NCBI GenBank assembly: GCA_044892505.1
Contig: CM097883.1
Coordinates: forward strand, 226,052,001-226,116,000
Length of the DNA stretch: 64,000 nucleotides
Direction of reading: 5' to 3'
From: Schmidtea nova
Lineage: Eukaryota
Each line of letters opens with the position of its first letter. Position 1 is the first letter of the stretch. Below the pieces are notes generated by a model. It was not told the DNA's origin and ran no database searches. It saw nothing but the letters and a program-made list of their open reading frames with translations. Made by a program: the position numbers and the translations under genes. This document shows positions 13,987 through 27,559 of the stretch, piece after piece.

Positions 13987-14428
13987 CCCTTTCCACTCAC
14001 ATTAATTTAGCCGTGATTGTTCGTTCCAGTCATAATTAATTTTGAGAATTTTGTGGAATTTCAGGAATCTTTTTTGGAATTTGTAATTATTTGGTCCAAC
14101 TATCTCAGGAACCACAAATCAGAAAGAAGTGATTTTGGTGTCGTTTTCGACTAAGTTGGGGTGAAGGAATGCGAAAAAATAGTGCTGTCATCACGACCTT
14201 GACCTTAGACCATATAATGATCATGCGTCTCTAGCACAATTTTTGGGTCGCCTGTAGTACCTCTTGCATGGTTTTTGCGTGATACACACAATTTCAATGA
14301 GGGATGGTTGTCTCGCCGTGGGGAGTAGTAGAAACAGTTTTTAAGAACGTGGCAACCATTCTTGCTATCATGAATGTTAGGCCAAAAAAATATTTGGCAA
14401 GAATTTTTGCCAAGATGAGTGGAAAGGG
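13987..14428. mobile_element. Non-autonomous piggyBac element (442 bp)
   Basis: TTAA on both sides; termini ccctttccactca / tgagtggaaaggg. Confidence 0.85.
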
Positions 14429-14724
14429 TTAAAAAAATTTAACTTAAAATACTTATTTAAAATACGTAATAAAATAATTATTTTAATATCTATAAAATCG
14501 TTTACTCTAATTTGATTATTTAATTTTAATTTTATTACTCGTTAATAATCATATCCGAATACCCTCACAATAATAATATCTATACTTTTTAAAATTTATC
14601 TGTGTTTTTGTTCAAATTTGTTTTTACGATTATTAAAGCCATTATTGGAAGATATGTGGGATTGTATGAAGTAAGTAAGAGAAACACAGACAGAATAAAG
14701 AAGATTGTGAAGGAAATGAACGCC

Positions 14725-15811
14725 GGCGATCCTCTGTTATAGGGATACCAAAAATAAATTAAATAATTTTAAAAAAATAATAATAAAAATATTTATTTAA
14801 TGACTAAATATTCAATAAATTGTCTAATCCTTAAAATGGAAAAACTACCAAACCTCTACGAAATATTTGAAGTTTCAAATGATAAACTCAAAACAATAAA
14901 ATATTTACAAGATAAAGGCGTACTTAAGACCAACTTTACATGTGCGTGCAGCAGTAATATGAATTTAGTTAAAAAGAATGACGGATATATTTTTAAATGT
15001 CCAAAAAAATGTTCTACAATTTCGGTAAGAAAAACTAGTTTTTTTACTAAATCGAAAATACCGCTTTCGAAATTAGTAGTTCTTACATATTTGTGGGTAA
15101 TGGATATACCTACGTTAAAAATACAGGGCTTGCTAAACTTGTGTAATCAAACAATGGCCGATTAGAACATTTTTTTAGTGAAATTTGTTCTACTTCTCTA
15201 TTGAAGTTAACCCACGAAGAGCTCATGATTGGCGGGGAAGGCGAAATAGTAGAAATCGACGAAACTCTGATTTCTAAAAAATCAAAATATAACCGCGAAG
15301 TTTGGTTATTCGGTGGAATTTGCCGAAGAACAAAAAAATGGTTTTCACAAGTAGTGGAAAAAAAGATAGGAATACTTTAATAGGAATAATTACCAAATTC
15401 ATAGAACCTGGAACCAAAATTTATTCTGATATGTGGCCTGGATACTACACGGCCAGTTTTAATTTAAGCATGATTCACAACTTTAGATATGAGCACCAAG
15501 CAGTAAATCATGAGGTGGAATATGTAAACGCAGAAACTGGCGTTCACACTAATACAATCGAAGGACACTGGGGCAATTCGATAACTGATTTAAGAAGAAA
15601 GCGAGGATGCTCGTTTTTAGAAAAGGCCTCGTTTATTGATTTCAGGATGTGGATTTCGAGACAAAATCGAAGCGAACATAATTTATTAGATTTGTTTTGG
15701 CTTGCCGTTTCAAGTATTTATTGAATATTTAGTCATTAAATAAATATTTTTATTATTATTTTTTTAAAATTATTTAATTAATTTTTGGTATCCCTATAAC
15801 AGAGGATCGCC
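14725..15811 (+). mobile_element. Merlin (IS1016/ISXO2-like) DNA transposon with frameshifted transposase
   Basis: 96-bp TIRs (14725-14820, 15716-15811); perfect 8-bp TSD tgaacgcc; motifs C-x-C..FKCPKKC, IGGEGEIVEIDET, IYSDMWPGY, VNH, VHTNTIEGHW. Confidence 0.93.
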
Positions 15812-17496
15812 TGAACGCCTTTTGGAGTAAGCTTAACTTTCCTGTGATTTCAGAACAACAAGGGATTAATTCCATATTAATTCACGCTTTTTAGATTTTA
15901 TCGTAATGAGCAAAGCGAAAATTTTATGAAAGACCCCATAAGAATCGTTGATGTTACCAAAGCAAAGGGAATTTAACTGTTTGAAAGACAAAGAACTTTC
16001 TAAAACGCAAGATAGAACTCGCGCGTAACATTTGCTCTAATAGACTATTTCTCTCATTTTCACGGCGTGGGCTTTTGTATTGTTCTCAAATCAACATTTC
16101 CGGTAATATATGTATGGCGTGCTGCAATCTGCTATTTCAACAATTGGATGTCAGAAAGCGACAAAGCGCCTTAAAACCCATAGTGTTAAGGAGTCCTTAG
16201 TTGTGGATATTCTCAGAATTAATATTGTCTATGAGAGAGCCGTGAAGAGGATTGAAGATATATTTGTGAAAGCAAAAATGATAAATACCTCAACTTGATG
16301 TTCATTAATACAAGCATATTTTGAATAATACATATTGTTCTGAACTAATTTGTGGATTTTCTTTCTTTAGGTGTTGCGCAAGGTTTTTTTTATTTTGTCA
16401 AAAAAGGTTTTTTATCTTTATTTTACAAAACAGTTCATTCCTTTCGACCCCAGGGATTTACATTTTTAAAACATTCAAGTCATAACCCTGGTTTACATGT
16501 TATTTAGACTTTAATAAGTAGTCATGTATATTTTATTTCAAATAAAATTATAAAAAAGTTTAAGACATAATAGTAGGAATCATATTAGGATCATAGAATT
16601 TGAGCAAAGTATTCAAAGAAATCATTAGTGCACAGAAAATTCATTTTGAAATAAAAGGATGTAAATAGTATATATAACAATCATTAGTGTACATAATATT
16701 TTACTTTAAGAAAAAAATAGAAATAGTCTACATAATGAAAGTTTATCTTCAATTTATGTATGCAGCTTGTGATAAAGAGCTGTTTCTCTCTTAAAATCAG
16801 AAAGATCCGTCAATATAAGGAGAGTTTTTGTAATTAAACATTGCGCGGTTGATTACAAATCACAGGAATTGCAGATCGTGAGTTTTATAATCGCTATATT
16901 ACTATTGCTATCTCAATGACCTTCAGTTGGACACATGTTTCCAGTTGTTAGCATAAGGGTTAAAAAATATGATTTTATATTACTGAAACAAAAATGTTAG
17001 AAACCGCATAAAAACTTTTATGATTATTAATATGCTAGCAATTATTTTATTATTTTGTTTTTCTCTTTTTTTATTTTTATAAATGAAAATAAATATTAAA
17101 AAATACAGACTTGATTATTCTACTTTTTAACCACACAACTTTCCATTGTATAAAAGTAAAAATATAAATATTTATGAACAAGAATCTAATTATTATAGAA
17201 CTTACTGTATTTAATCCTTCCTGAATAAATGAACTAATAGACTCTTTTATGGTATTCATCTTTTCATCGACGCGATTTTCATAATCTGATATATTAATAA
17301 GAACATGAAGATCTTCATTTAAATGTTCCCAATTAGGCTTGTTTCTATTTTGTTCTTCCTGGAAGTATGATAACTAGTTAAAGATTACTATTGTTATTAA
17401 TATTATTATAAAAGTAATTGATAATTGTTATTATAAGCCTTTACTGTGAGTTTTAAGTTTTAATAAAAACGCATGAGAATTTTCAACTATGAAATA

Positions 17497-18293
17497 NNNN
17501 NNNNNNNNNNNNNNNNNNNNNNNNNNNNNNNNNNNNNNNNNNNNNNNNNNNNNNNNNNNNNNNNNNNNNNNNNNNNNNNNNNNNNNNNNNNNNNNNNNNN
17601 NNNNNNNNNNNNNNNNNNNNNNNNNNNNNNNNNNNNNNNNNNNNNNNNNNNNNNNNNNNNNNNNNNNNNNNNNNNNNNNNNNNNNNNNNNNNNNNNNNNN
17701 NNNNNNNNNNNNNNNNNNNNNNNNNNNNNNNNNNNNNNNNNNNNNNNNNNNNNNNNNNNNNNNNNNNNNNNNNNNNNNNNNNNNNNNNNNNNNNNNNNNN
17801 NNNNNNNNNNNNNNNNNNNNNNNNNNNNNNNNNNNNNNNNNNNNNNNNNNNNNNNNNNNNNNNNNNNNNNNNNTCAGAAAGAAAACCGAAAATTCATTTT
17901 TAAATTAAAAAAAAATTTAATCTTTACTATAGATCAGGCTTGTCACTAAATTTTAAAAAAAATTGGTCACGGAGAATTTTTATTGACAAAAATATATCTT
18001 AAGTAAAAATTATTTGACGTCCCTGCTATAGATCAATATTTTTTATTTATTAAAAACGAAGTATTGTTAGTCTTTTTTAAGTANNNNNNNNNNNNNNNNN
18101 NNNNNNNNNNNNNNNNNNNNNNNNNNNNNNNNNNNNNNNNNNNNNNNNNNNNNNNNNNNNNNNNNNNNNNNNNNNNNNNNNNNNNNNNNNNNNNNNNNNN
18201 NNNNNNNNNNNNNNNNNNNNNNNNNNNNNNNNNNNNNNNNNNNNNNNNNNNNNNNNNNNNNNNNNNNNNNNNNNNNNNNNNNNNNNNNNNNNN
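17497..18293. other. N runs (17497-17873, 18084-18293); further runs at ~21671-21884, 22021-22155, 22216-22362
   Basis: Runs of n in the sequence; ORF-track entries spanning them are artefacts. Confidence 0.95.
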
Positions 18294-18458
18294 TAGCAGC
18301 ATTAAGTATTAAATAAATTAAGAAATAAGTAACAAAATAAGCCTTTGATGCAAAAACAATTTTCTCGATTAATAAAATTGTATTGTAGCAAATGCTTATT
18401 TGTTACTTATTTATTAGTTTATTAAATAATAATAATAAAATTGATAAGTGTGACATAA

Positions 18459-18490
<32 letters not shown>

Positions 18491-19540
18491 AATTACAAAT
18501 TAGATTAATGGTAATATTTATTAAAAAATAACTATTTTTAAATTGAACCGTTCTTACAAGCAGCATTATCAAACAGTAATTTCGGAACTTATATTAGAAA
18601 ATATTATCTCATTATTATATTTGAGAAACACTAAATCACGAAAAATAAATATAATTATATTGCACATGAAGTGTTTTTGATACAATTTGAGACATTGGTG
18701 AGAAATGAAAAATAAAAATAAAACCAAAATCACAAATTAGACATGCTAACAAACAGAAATCAGCAGCAACAGAATGTGCGATTACAGCAATGCCTAGATT
18801 GACAAAATCAAATGACAAATGATTATGGCATCAAGTAGAATCTGTAAATATTACTATGTGAATCCGGGAAGTTCATGCTAATTGTTTTTATTAGATATTT
18901 TCGCGTTTATCAACACGGATGAATTTAAGGTACTTTGAAGAAAAAAAAGTCAGTGCCGAAAATTTGTTTATCAATAAAAGAAATTTCGATCTATAGTATT
19001 ATACAAACTTAAAGTTCTGAAATTAAAAAGAAAAAATCAAAGCTGGACCAAATTATAGATATTAATGATAGTATAATTAATATGAAAAATAAATTCTTTA
19101 TTAACCCGGGAAAATGTGACATTCAAATCGTTTTATAATATTAATCGTTTTTAATATTAAACTAAATCTACATTTATTTATACAGAATGGGGATCATAAA
19201 AAACTCACAAAACAAAGGTTTTTCGTGATAGTAAAGGAAGCTAAAGAAAAGTATAATGAACTAACAAAATCTTATCACTCGGAAGAGGATGTCAATTGTA
19301 AGACGAACCAAATTGTATGTATAAGTGTGCTTCACATTTATACATAAACAAATGCATTATGGCAGCTAACGTGTTAATAGTGTTTTATTTAATTTGATTA
19401 TGCTCATTTTATATATTAATGAATAAATTTCATATTACCTATTTAAATTACCTTTATAATTTATAATATTAAATTCAAACGTAATAAAAAGCAGAAAATT
19501 AATAATCCTTTAAATCCTGTAAAGAGACTGACCATACAAC

Positions 19541-20096
19541 TGGGGTTGCCAGACGTCCCGGTTTTCAAGTCACTGTTCCTGTGTCCCGAAAGAAGTTTTC
19601 GGGACGTTCATTTGTCTCCATTTAAATTTTTTCCCCAAAATATGCGAATATATATATTTAATATTCCTGCACATAATGCAAATGTGGAACAGATATTTTC
19701 ACTAATGGTAATTCACTGGACAGACGAACGAAATCGATTACTGCCAGAAACAGTAGAAGGTATCTTACAGTTTATCGCCAATTTCGACTTCAATTGCAGT
19801 GAAATATATGACTATGTTTTAAAAAACAAAGTGCTTTTAAAGGATGCAATATCTAACAGGAAATATGATTAGATTCAATTTTTGTATTCATAGTTCTAAG
19901 TGGTTTTAAGTTTTTTGAATTTATTATATATTATTTAATTTAGAATTTTTTATGTTCCTATGTTATTTATTTTATGGTTCTTTTTATTAATCTCAATGAA
20001 TTGTCAACCTTTTTTAAAATAAAATTTGAAACTTTCTACTATATTAAAATATTTGTTGTTGTCCCAGCTGGTCGTGGTCAAAATCTAGCAACCCTA
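19541..20096 (+). mobile_element. Deleted hAT element keeping only the C-terminal dimerisation domain
   Basis: TIR t(g/a)gggttgc(c/t)aga at both ends; ORF 19546-19872 reads IPAHNANVEQIFSLMVIHWTDERNRLL..NF..C..Y; no clean TSD. Confidence 0.75.
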
Positions 20097-21000
20097 TATC
20101 CCCACATAGACGTGAACGCTCTTTATCCAACTAACAAACCACAATTCCAGTTCATTGTAATCCTTTCAAAATATTTTGTAAAATTCTTATATTTGAAGTA
20201 ATATTCGCTTCCTGGAAACATTTTTTATTTAAAATGTTCCATCAAATTTTGCATTTCATATTAAAAGAAAGGGCTTTTCCTTCTTTAATCACATGTTTTT
20301 GTAAAATAAAATTTCTTACCAATGAATTTTGAAATACTTATGCAATCTGTTTTATTTCATTTAAAATTCAAGTTACAGAGTAAAGCTAAAAAATCCTTGG
20401 ACTCGCATTGAAATAATTAAGCTAATGGGACAAATTTCATTACTATCAACAAGATACGTAAGTAGGTAGATGTGTGGAGTCAAACACAAAGAAATGCGTG
20501 GGCGTAAAAATTCAAACAAAGACTTTTTAGTTACCAAAATTTTTTTTTCGCGCCAAAAATTTTTTTTCAAATTTTTTTTCGCGCCAAAAATTTTTTTTCA
20601 AAATTTTTTTTTCGCGCCAAAAAATTTTTAAAATTTTTTTTTGCGCCAAAAATTTTTTTTTCAAAATTTTTTTTCGCGCCAAAATTTTTTTTTCAAATTT
20701 TTTTTTTCGCGCCAAAAAAATTTTTTCAAAATTTTTTTTTAACACAAATTTTTTTTAACACATTTTTATTTTCAAAATTTTTTTAACACAAATTTTTTTA
20801 ACACAAATTTTTTTAACACAAATTTTTTTAACACAAATTTTTTTAACACAAATTTTTTTAACACAAATTTTTTAACACAAATTTTATTTTTTATTTTTAT
20901 GACTCATCGATGACTCACCACTATGACTCATCGATGACTCATCCTTATGACTCATCGATAACTCATTTCAATTTATAAATAAGTCACGTCATCGGTAACT

Positions 21001-22550
21001 CATAACAAAGACATTACAATCCATGTGCAACATTAACAAAGACATTGCAATCCACATGCAACGTAATCAAAGACATTTCATTGCCAAATTTCATAACAAA
21101 GACAATTCATTGCCAAAAAACTAAACAAAGACATTTCATTGCCAAATTTCATAACAAAGAAATTTTAATGCCAAAAACTAAACAAAGACATTTCATTGAC
21201 AAATTTCATAACAAAGACATTTCAATGCTAAAAAACTATACAAAGACATTTCATTGCCAAATTTCATAACAAAGACAATTCATTACCAAAAAACTAAACA
21301 AAGACAATTTATTGCCAAAATAATTAAACAAAGACATTTCATTGCAAAAACACCTAAACAAAGACATATCAATGCCAAAATAACTAAACAGAGACACGAA
21401 CATTTACTTGCAGAACATTTACTATCAGAACATCTTTTGTGATGGTTTTTATCTGCCAAAGCTTATTACTCGAACATTTATTACAATTCAAAGATTATAT
21501 ATGTATTCTTAAACATAGAAATTTTTCATAACAAAGACATATCATTGCCAAAACATCTAAACAAAGACATTTCATTACCAAAAACACCTTAACAAAGACA
21601 TTTCAATGCCAAAAATAACTAAACAAAGACATTGTAATACATATGCAAGTTAACAAAGACATTGTAATGCNNNNNNNNNNNNNNNNNNNNNNNNNNNNNN
21701 NNNNNNNNNNNNNNNNNNNNNNNNNNNNNNNNNNNNNNNNNNNNNNNNNNNNNNNNNNNNNNNNNNNNNNNNNNNNNNNNNNNNNNNNNNNNNNNNNNNN
21801 NNNNNNNNNNNNNNNNNNNNNNNNNNNNNNNNNNNNNNNNNNNNNNNNNNNNNNNNNNNNNNNNNNNNNNNNNNNNNNNNNNNNAATGCCAAAACAATAC
21901 ATATGCAAGTTAACAAAGACATTGCAATACATATGCAAGTTAACAAAGACATTGCAATACATATGCAAGTTAACAAAGACATTGCAATACATATGCATGT
22001 TAACAAAGACATTGTAATGCNNNNNNNNNNNNNNNNNNNNNNNNNNNNNNNNNNNNNNNNNNNNNNNNNNNNNNNNNNNNNNNNNNNNNNNNNNNNNNNN
22101 NNNNNNNNNNNNNNNNNNNNNNNNNNNNNNNNNNNNNNNNNNNNNNNNNNNNNNNAACAAAGACATTGTAATGCCAAAACAATACATATGCAAGTTAACA
22201 AAGACATTGTAATGCNNNNNNNNNNNNNNNNNNNNNNNNNNNNNNNNNNNNNNNNNNNNNNNNNNNNNNNNNNNNNNNNNNNNNNNNNNNNNNNNNNNNN
22301 NNNNNNNNNNNNNNNNNNNNNNNNNNNNNNNNNNNNNNNNNNNNNNNNNNNNNNNNNNNNNNCTTATTTAAACAAAGACATTGTAATGCCAAAACAATAC
22401 ATATGCAAGTTAACAAAGACATTGCAATACATATGCAAGTTAACAAAGACATTGCAATACATATGCAAGTTAACAAAGACATTGCAATACATATGCAAGT
22501 TAACAAAGACATTGCAATGTGGATACAAGTTAACAAAGACATACATGCAA
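21001..22550. repeat. Tandem array of ~30-bp units built on aacaaagacatt
   Basis: Homogeneous unit atatgcaagttaacaaagacattgcaatac from ~21640; more diverged copies 21001-21640; interrupted by N runs. Confidence 0.92.
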
Positions 22551-22947
22551 GTTAATAAAAAATATTCAAAAATATTCACGGGTTCAAAATTTTTTAAAAC
22601 TATATAAATATCATACGAAAGGTATTTGAGATGTGTGTGTGTGTGTATTTTCAAACCTTCAAGATGTCAAAATAAAATAATTAAACTACCACAACGTAAT
22701 ATATATTTATTTTCCTACCCATTTTGACGCTGCAATTCATGTGCAATATTAACAAAGACATTGCAAAACAGATGCAAGTTAACAAAGACATGGATTGTTA
22801 GCAAGCCAGATTAACAAAGACATTGCAGTTGCAAGCCAAGTTAACAAAGAAAAGTTGTTAAAAAAAGACTAATAATTAATCACAAAGTTCATTCTTTTAG
22901 CCAATGATAAAATAAATTAAATGAAAATACATATATTTTGTACGACA

Positions 22948-23540
22948 TTATATGTATATCACATGATATTCATCAATACTAATACCACAAGACTCACACT
23001 TATCAATATTTTTTAAACATTTTGAACAAATAATGACATGTCCACAAGGTAAATATAAAATGCCAACTCTATTGATATTACATATTGAACATGTGAGAAA
23101 TCTTTGTTTGGTTTCTTCCAATTTCTTGGTTACATTTACCTCTAAAATATCCACATTCAGCATGAAAGTTCGAATAATAGTACGATATTTTCCAAGTCGA
23201 AATTCCATACATGACCAGAAAATGGTATTCAAATTGAATTCAGTAGAATCGATATCATTAAGAATCATAATAAAACTGGATAATTTCATCATGGATTTAT
23301 CATATCCGAATGGTTCTGTTAAACCAATAATTAATTTATTATTGAAGGATTTGAATAATTTTGAAAGAATGTCGATATCGCATTTCTCAATCGAAGTTAA
23401 AAGGTCATCAAGTATTAAAAATGATTGGATCCAATTGTCCAAAGTAATGAAATTATCTGTAACCTAGTTTAAAATAATTAATTTAAATATATATTTTTAA
23501 AACTAACTTTATTTGTTTCTTTATTTGTTTCTTTATTCAT
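22948..23540 (-). CDS. Intact two-exon gene, ~182 aa, with C-terminal IAP/MDM-type C3HC4 RING (E3 ligase-like), no BIR
   Basis: ATG 23540; exon 1 MNKETNKETNK; 44-nt GT-AG intron 23507-23464 joins in phase; LTCSICNINRVGILYLPCGHVIICSKCLKNIDKCESCGISI; TATAAAT at 23577. Confidence 0.75.
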
Positions 23541-25061
23541 TTTCGTCAATCAATATTATTTAAAAGTTGTATTTATATTACAAAAATCAACCAATTTAAT
23601 AACAAACCATTTTATTAACCAACCAATGATTGAAAGTTTTGCTAAACTGTTACATTAAAATGATGATAAGGGACATTGAAAATTAGGTAACAATATATTT
23701 ATTATTAGAAATATGTTCAAGTAATGAGCTTTTGCACATAAAAACCATCACAGAATAGGTTCTGCTACTAGGGTTCTGCTCGCAATGTTCTGCTACTAAA
23801 TGTTCTGTCACTATGACAAATACATGAAAAATTATCATACTATTGAGATAGTCACACAAATAATTCTTAAATTATAGTACAAATATATCAAAAATATATG
23901 AAATATACATTACTTGTAATATTATCACAAAGTATCATTACATACATGAAATATCTACATACTTCCTCAATTACACAGAAAATCATCAAAGTTACACACA
24001 AAATATGAAAAGTATATAGAAATTCGTCACATACAAAAACATCGTATATATGAAATATTATCAAAAATACATAGAAATTTATCACACACGTACAAAATAT
24101 CACCATACTATAGTGTATAACTATACATACAAAATATCAGAAATACAAACATACATAAAATTTCATCTTACTATAGTTTGATAACATAGAAATACTTGAA
24201 ATATTCACAAAATACAGAAACTAACAAAGATATATAGAGTCATCACACATGCAAAATATCACATATAAGAAATATCATTACAGATTATCACATGCATGAA
24301 ATATTATTATTATTATTGTGCAAATTACATAGAAAATAGTAAAGATACATGAAATATCATCACAAAATACACACACAGAATTATAGGAAATTTTCACACA
24401 CTAGAAATACATACAATAATAATAATAATGATCATTAAAAGAATATTATCACGCCAGTAGAAAATTATACACAGAATATTATCATATTGAACAAAAGCTT
24501 ATCATATATATGAAATATTATTATACTTTTATGTAAACTACAAAGAAATATACAAACATATACACAAAATATTATCACATTATAGTGTCTAAACATTAGA
24601 AATACTCACAAAATATATGAAATATGATCATAAAATATCAAAGATTCACAAAGAAAATATATAAAAGATTATCATATTTTTGATTGATAACATGAAAATA
24701 CATTGAAATAGATAGGAAAATTATTAAAATACATACAAGTATCAATACATACATGAAATATCTTACACAAAATGTTATAACATGCATGAAATATCTACAT
24801 ACAAAATACCAAAAGTACATAGAAATAAATTCTATACACAAAGGATATCATTACATATATAAAATATCATCATAAAATATCTTTACATACATGAAATATC
24901 ATCATACTTTAATGCAAATACAGACAAAATATTATCATGATATATTCCAAATACACTTAATAATTAAAAGAAATATCATACATACACAAAGGATATCATT
25001 CACATGAAAAGTTGTCATGTTATAGTCAGTCAAATGCATGAATTATTATCATACTAGTGTA

Positions 25062-25092
<31 letters not shown>

Positions 25093-27559
25093 TAATATCA
25101 AAATAAAATGTGTCATACATACAAAGGATATCATTACAAAGTATCATTACATACATTTAATATCATCACACTATAGTACAATTAAATAGATAATCATTAA
25201 AAAATATAAAGAAATTAAATCAAATTCACAACAATATTCATTAAAGAAATATCTACATACTTGTGCAATTACATAATAAATATACATAAATATCAAAATT
25301 ATATGAAATATCATCAGAAATATCAACACATATGAAATATTATCATACATACACAAAATACAAAAAGTACATAGAAATTCGTCACATACAAAATATCAAA
25401 AGTTTATTACACATACAAAATATAATTACATATATCATCATACTATAATTTAACAGTAATAAATGTTTAGCTAATGAGCTTTTGCACATAAAAACCATCA
25501 CAGAATAGGTTCTGCTACTAGGGTTCTGTTCGCAATGTTCTGCTAGCAATGTTCTGCTACTGAATAAATTTGATGAAAATGTAACAATGTATTATGAATG
25601 GAAATAAATCTTTCAAACATTACAGTAAATTCTACTTTAAAATGAGGTTGAATGCATGAAATGTCATCATACTATAGTGCAAATACATGAAATACTCTTT
25701 AGATACATGACTTTAGATGAATCAAATATTATCTTACTATAGTTTGATAACATAGAAAAAATATATAGAAATCATCAAAATTATACCAAATATTAAAAAA
25801 AGATTATATTAAATATCATCACAAAGTACATAGAAAATCATCAAAAATACACAGAAATTCATCAAATTCACAACAATAATCATTAAAGAAATATCTACAT
25901 ACTAGTGTCATTACATAACAAAATATCTGAAAATATATGTTATATCATCACAAATATGAAATATTATCATATACAAAGGATATAATCACATACAAAAGTT
26001 CATTACACATACAAAATATACTATCATATATCAACATACCTTAATGTAACAGTAATAATTGTTCAAGTAATGAGCTGTTGCACATAAAAACCATCACAAA
26101 AGATGTTCTGATACTAGGGTTCTGCTACTAAATGTTCTGCTAGTCATGTTATGCTACAGTATAAAATTAATGAAAGTTATATAAATGGAAATAAATGTTT
26201 CAAACATTACAGTAAATTCTACTTTAAAATGAGGTTGAATGCATGAAATATCGTCATACTATAGTGCAAATACATTAAAATACTCACAAAATGATATTAG
26301 ATACATCAAATATTATCTTACTGTAGTTTGATAACATATTAAAAATAGATCATAAAATTTCATCACAAAATACATAGATATTCATGTACAAATTATCACA
26401 AAAAAAAGAAAAAAAATACAAACATACACAAAATATTATCACAAAATATCACAAATACATTAGAAATACATATCAAATATATATGAAATGTCATCACAAA
26501 GTATCATTAAATATATGAAATATCATAATTCTATAGCGTAATTACAAGAAAATATCCACAAATTCTCACAAATACTATGAAATTCATCAAAAATACATTG
26601 AAATTCATCAAACATACATAGCAATTCATCAAACAAGAAATATTCACATAATAATTGTCATTAAAAGAGTATCAGTAATTGTAATATACTTTCACAATTT
26701 TTCTGTTACATTGATCGAAGCTCATATGCTAATGATTGTTATTTTAGTATATGTATGAATAATGAGCTTTTGCACATAAAAACCATCACAAAAGATGTTC
26801 TGTTACTAAAGGTTCTGTTCGAAATGTTCTGCTAGTGGATAGATTTAATGAAAATTATACGAGTGACAATAAATTGTTAGAGTAAATTCTACATTAAAAT
26901 GAGGAAAACCAATAGAGAAAATATTAATTGGTGAAAATATTAGAACAAATGATGCTGAATGAATTGTAATAAATGTTCGAGTAATAAGCTTTGGCAGATA
27001 AAAACCATCACAGAATAGGTTCTGATACTAAATGTTCTGTTCGCAATGTTCTGCTAGCATGAAATTAATATAATAAAATGATAGTCTGTGACAAAACATG
27101 TTGAAATAGTTATTGGAAATATATATAGTCTGTAACAAAAATGTGAAATAATTATTGGAAATGTATAGTTTGTGACAAAATAATTATTGGAAATACGCAT
27201 GCGAATAAATAAATTAAAATAATATCAAACTGTACATCATAGTTTTAATTTCTTGTAAAAAACAAAGCGGGTTATCAAAATTCATGTTCTAAATATAACT
27301 TTACAATTTAAAATATATCTATTACAATTTTATAAGTAATTCATTTTAAACTATGAACTGTCAACAAAATACCAATAATGATAATGAAGTTAAGGAAACA
27401 ATATCATTAAATGGAAGATCGATATTTGAAAGTCCTAAACTTTCAAGTAAATATTTTACGTAACTAAAAAGTCTTTGTTTGAATTTTTACGCCCACGCAT
27501 TTCTTTGTGTTTGACTCCACACATCTACCTACTTATGTAGGATTTATTTCTCAACAAAA

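Larger units (their letters stand above)
20461..27533. mobile_element. ~7.1-kb non-autonomous Polinton/Maverick-like element
   Basis: 74-bp perfect TIRs (20461-20534, 27460-27533) starting AGTAGG; 6-bp flanks tacgta/tatgta; subterminal tandem repeats; no integrase or DNA polymerase B seen. Confidence 0.6.

Noticed and set aside
17473-18312. ORFs listed across the N runs
   Set aside because: Artefacts of translating n
21600-22550. CRISPR-like array
   Set aside because: Head-to-tail 30-bp satellite with no unique spacers; eukaryotic context and no cas genes
20373-22654. Repetitive ORFs (KKFLARKK, MQVNKDIAIH, etc.)
   Set aside because: Translations of tandem repeats, open in several frames on both strands
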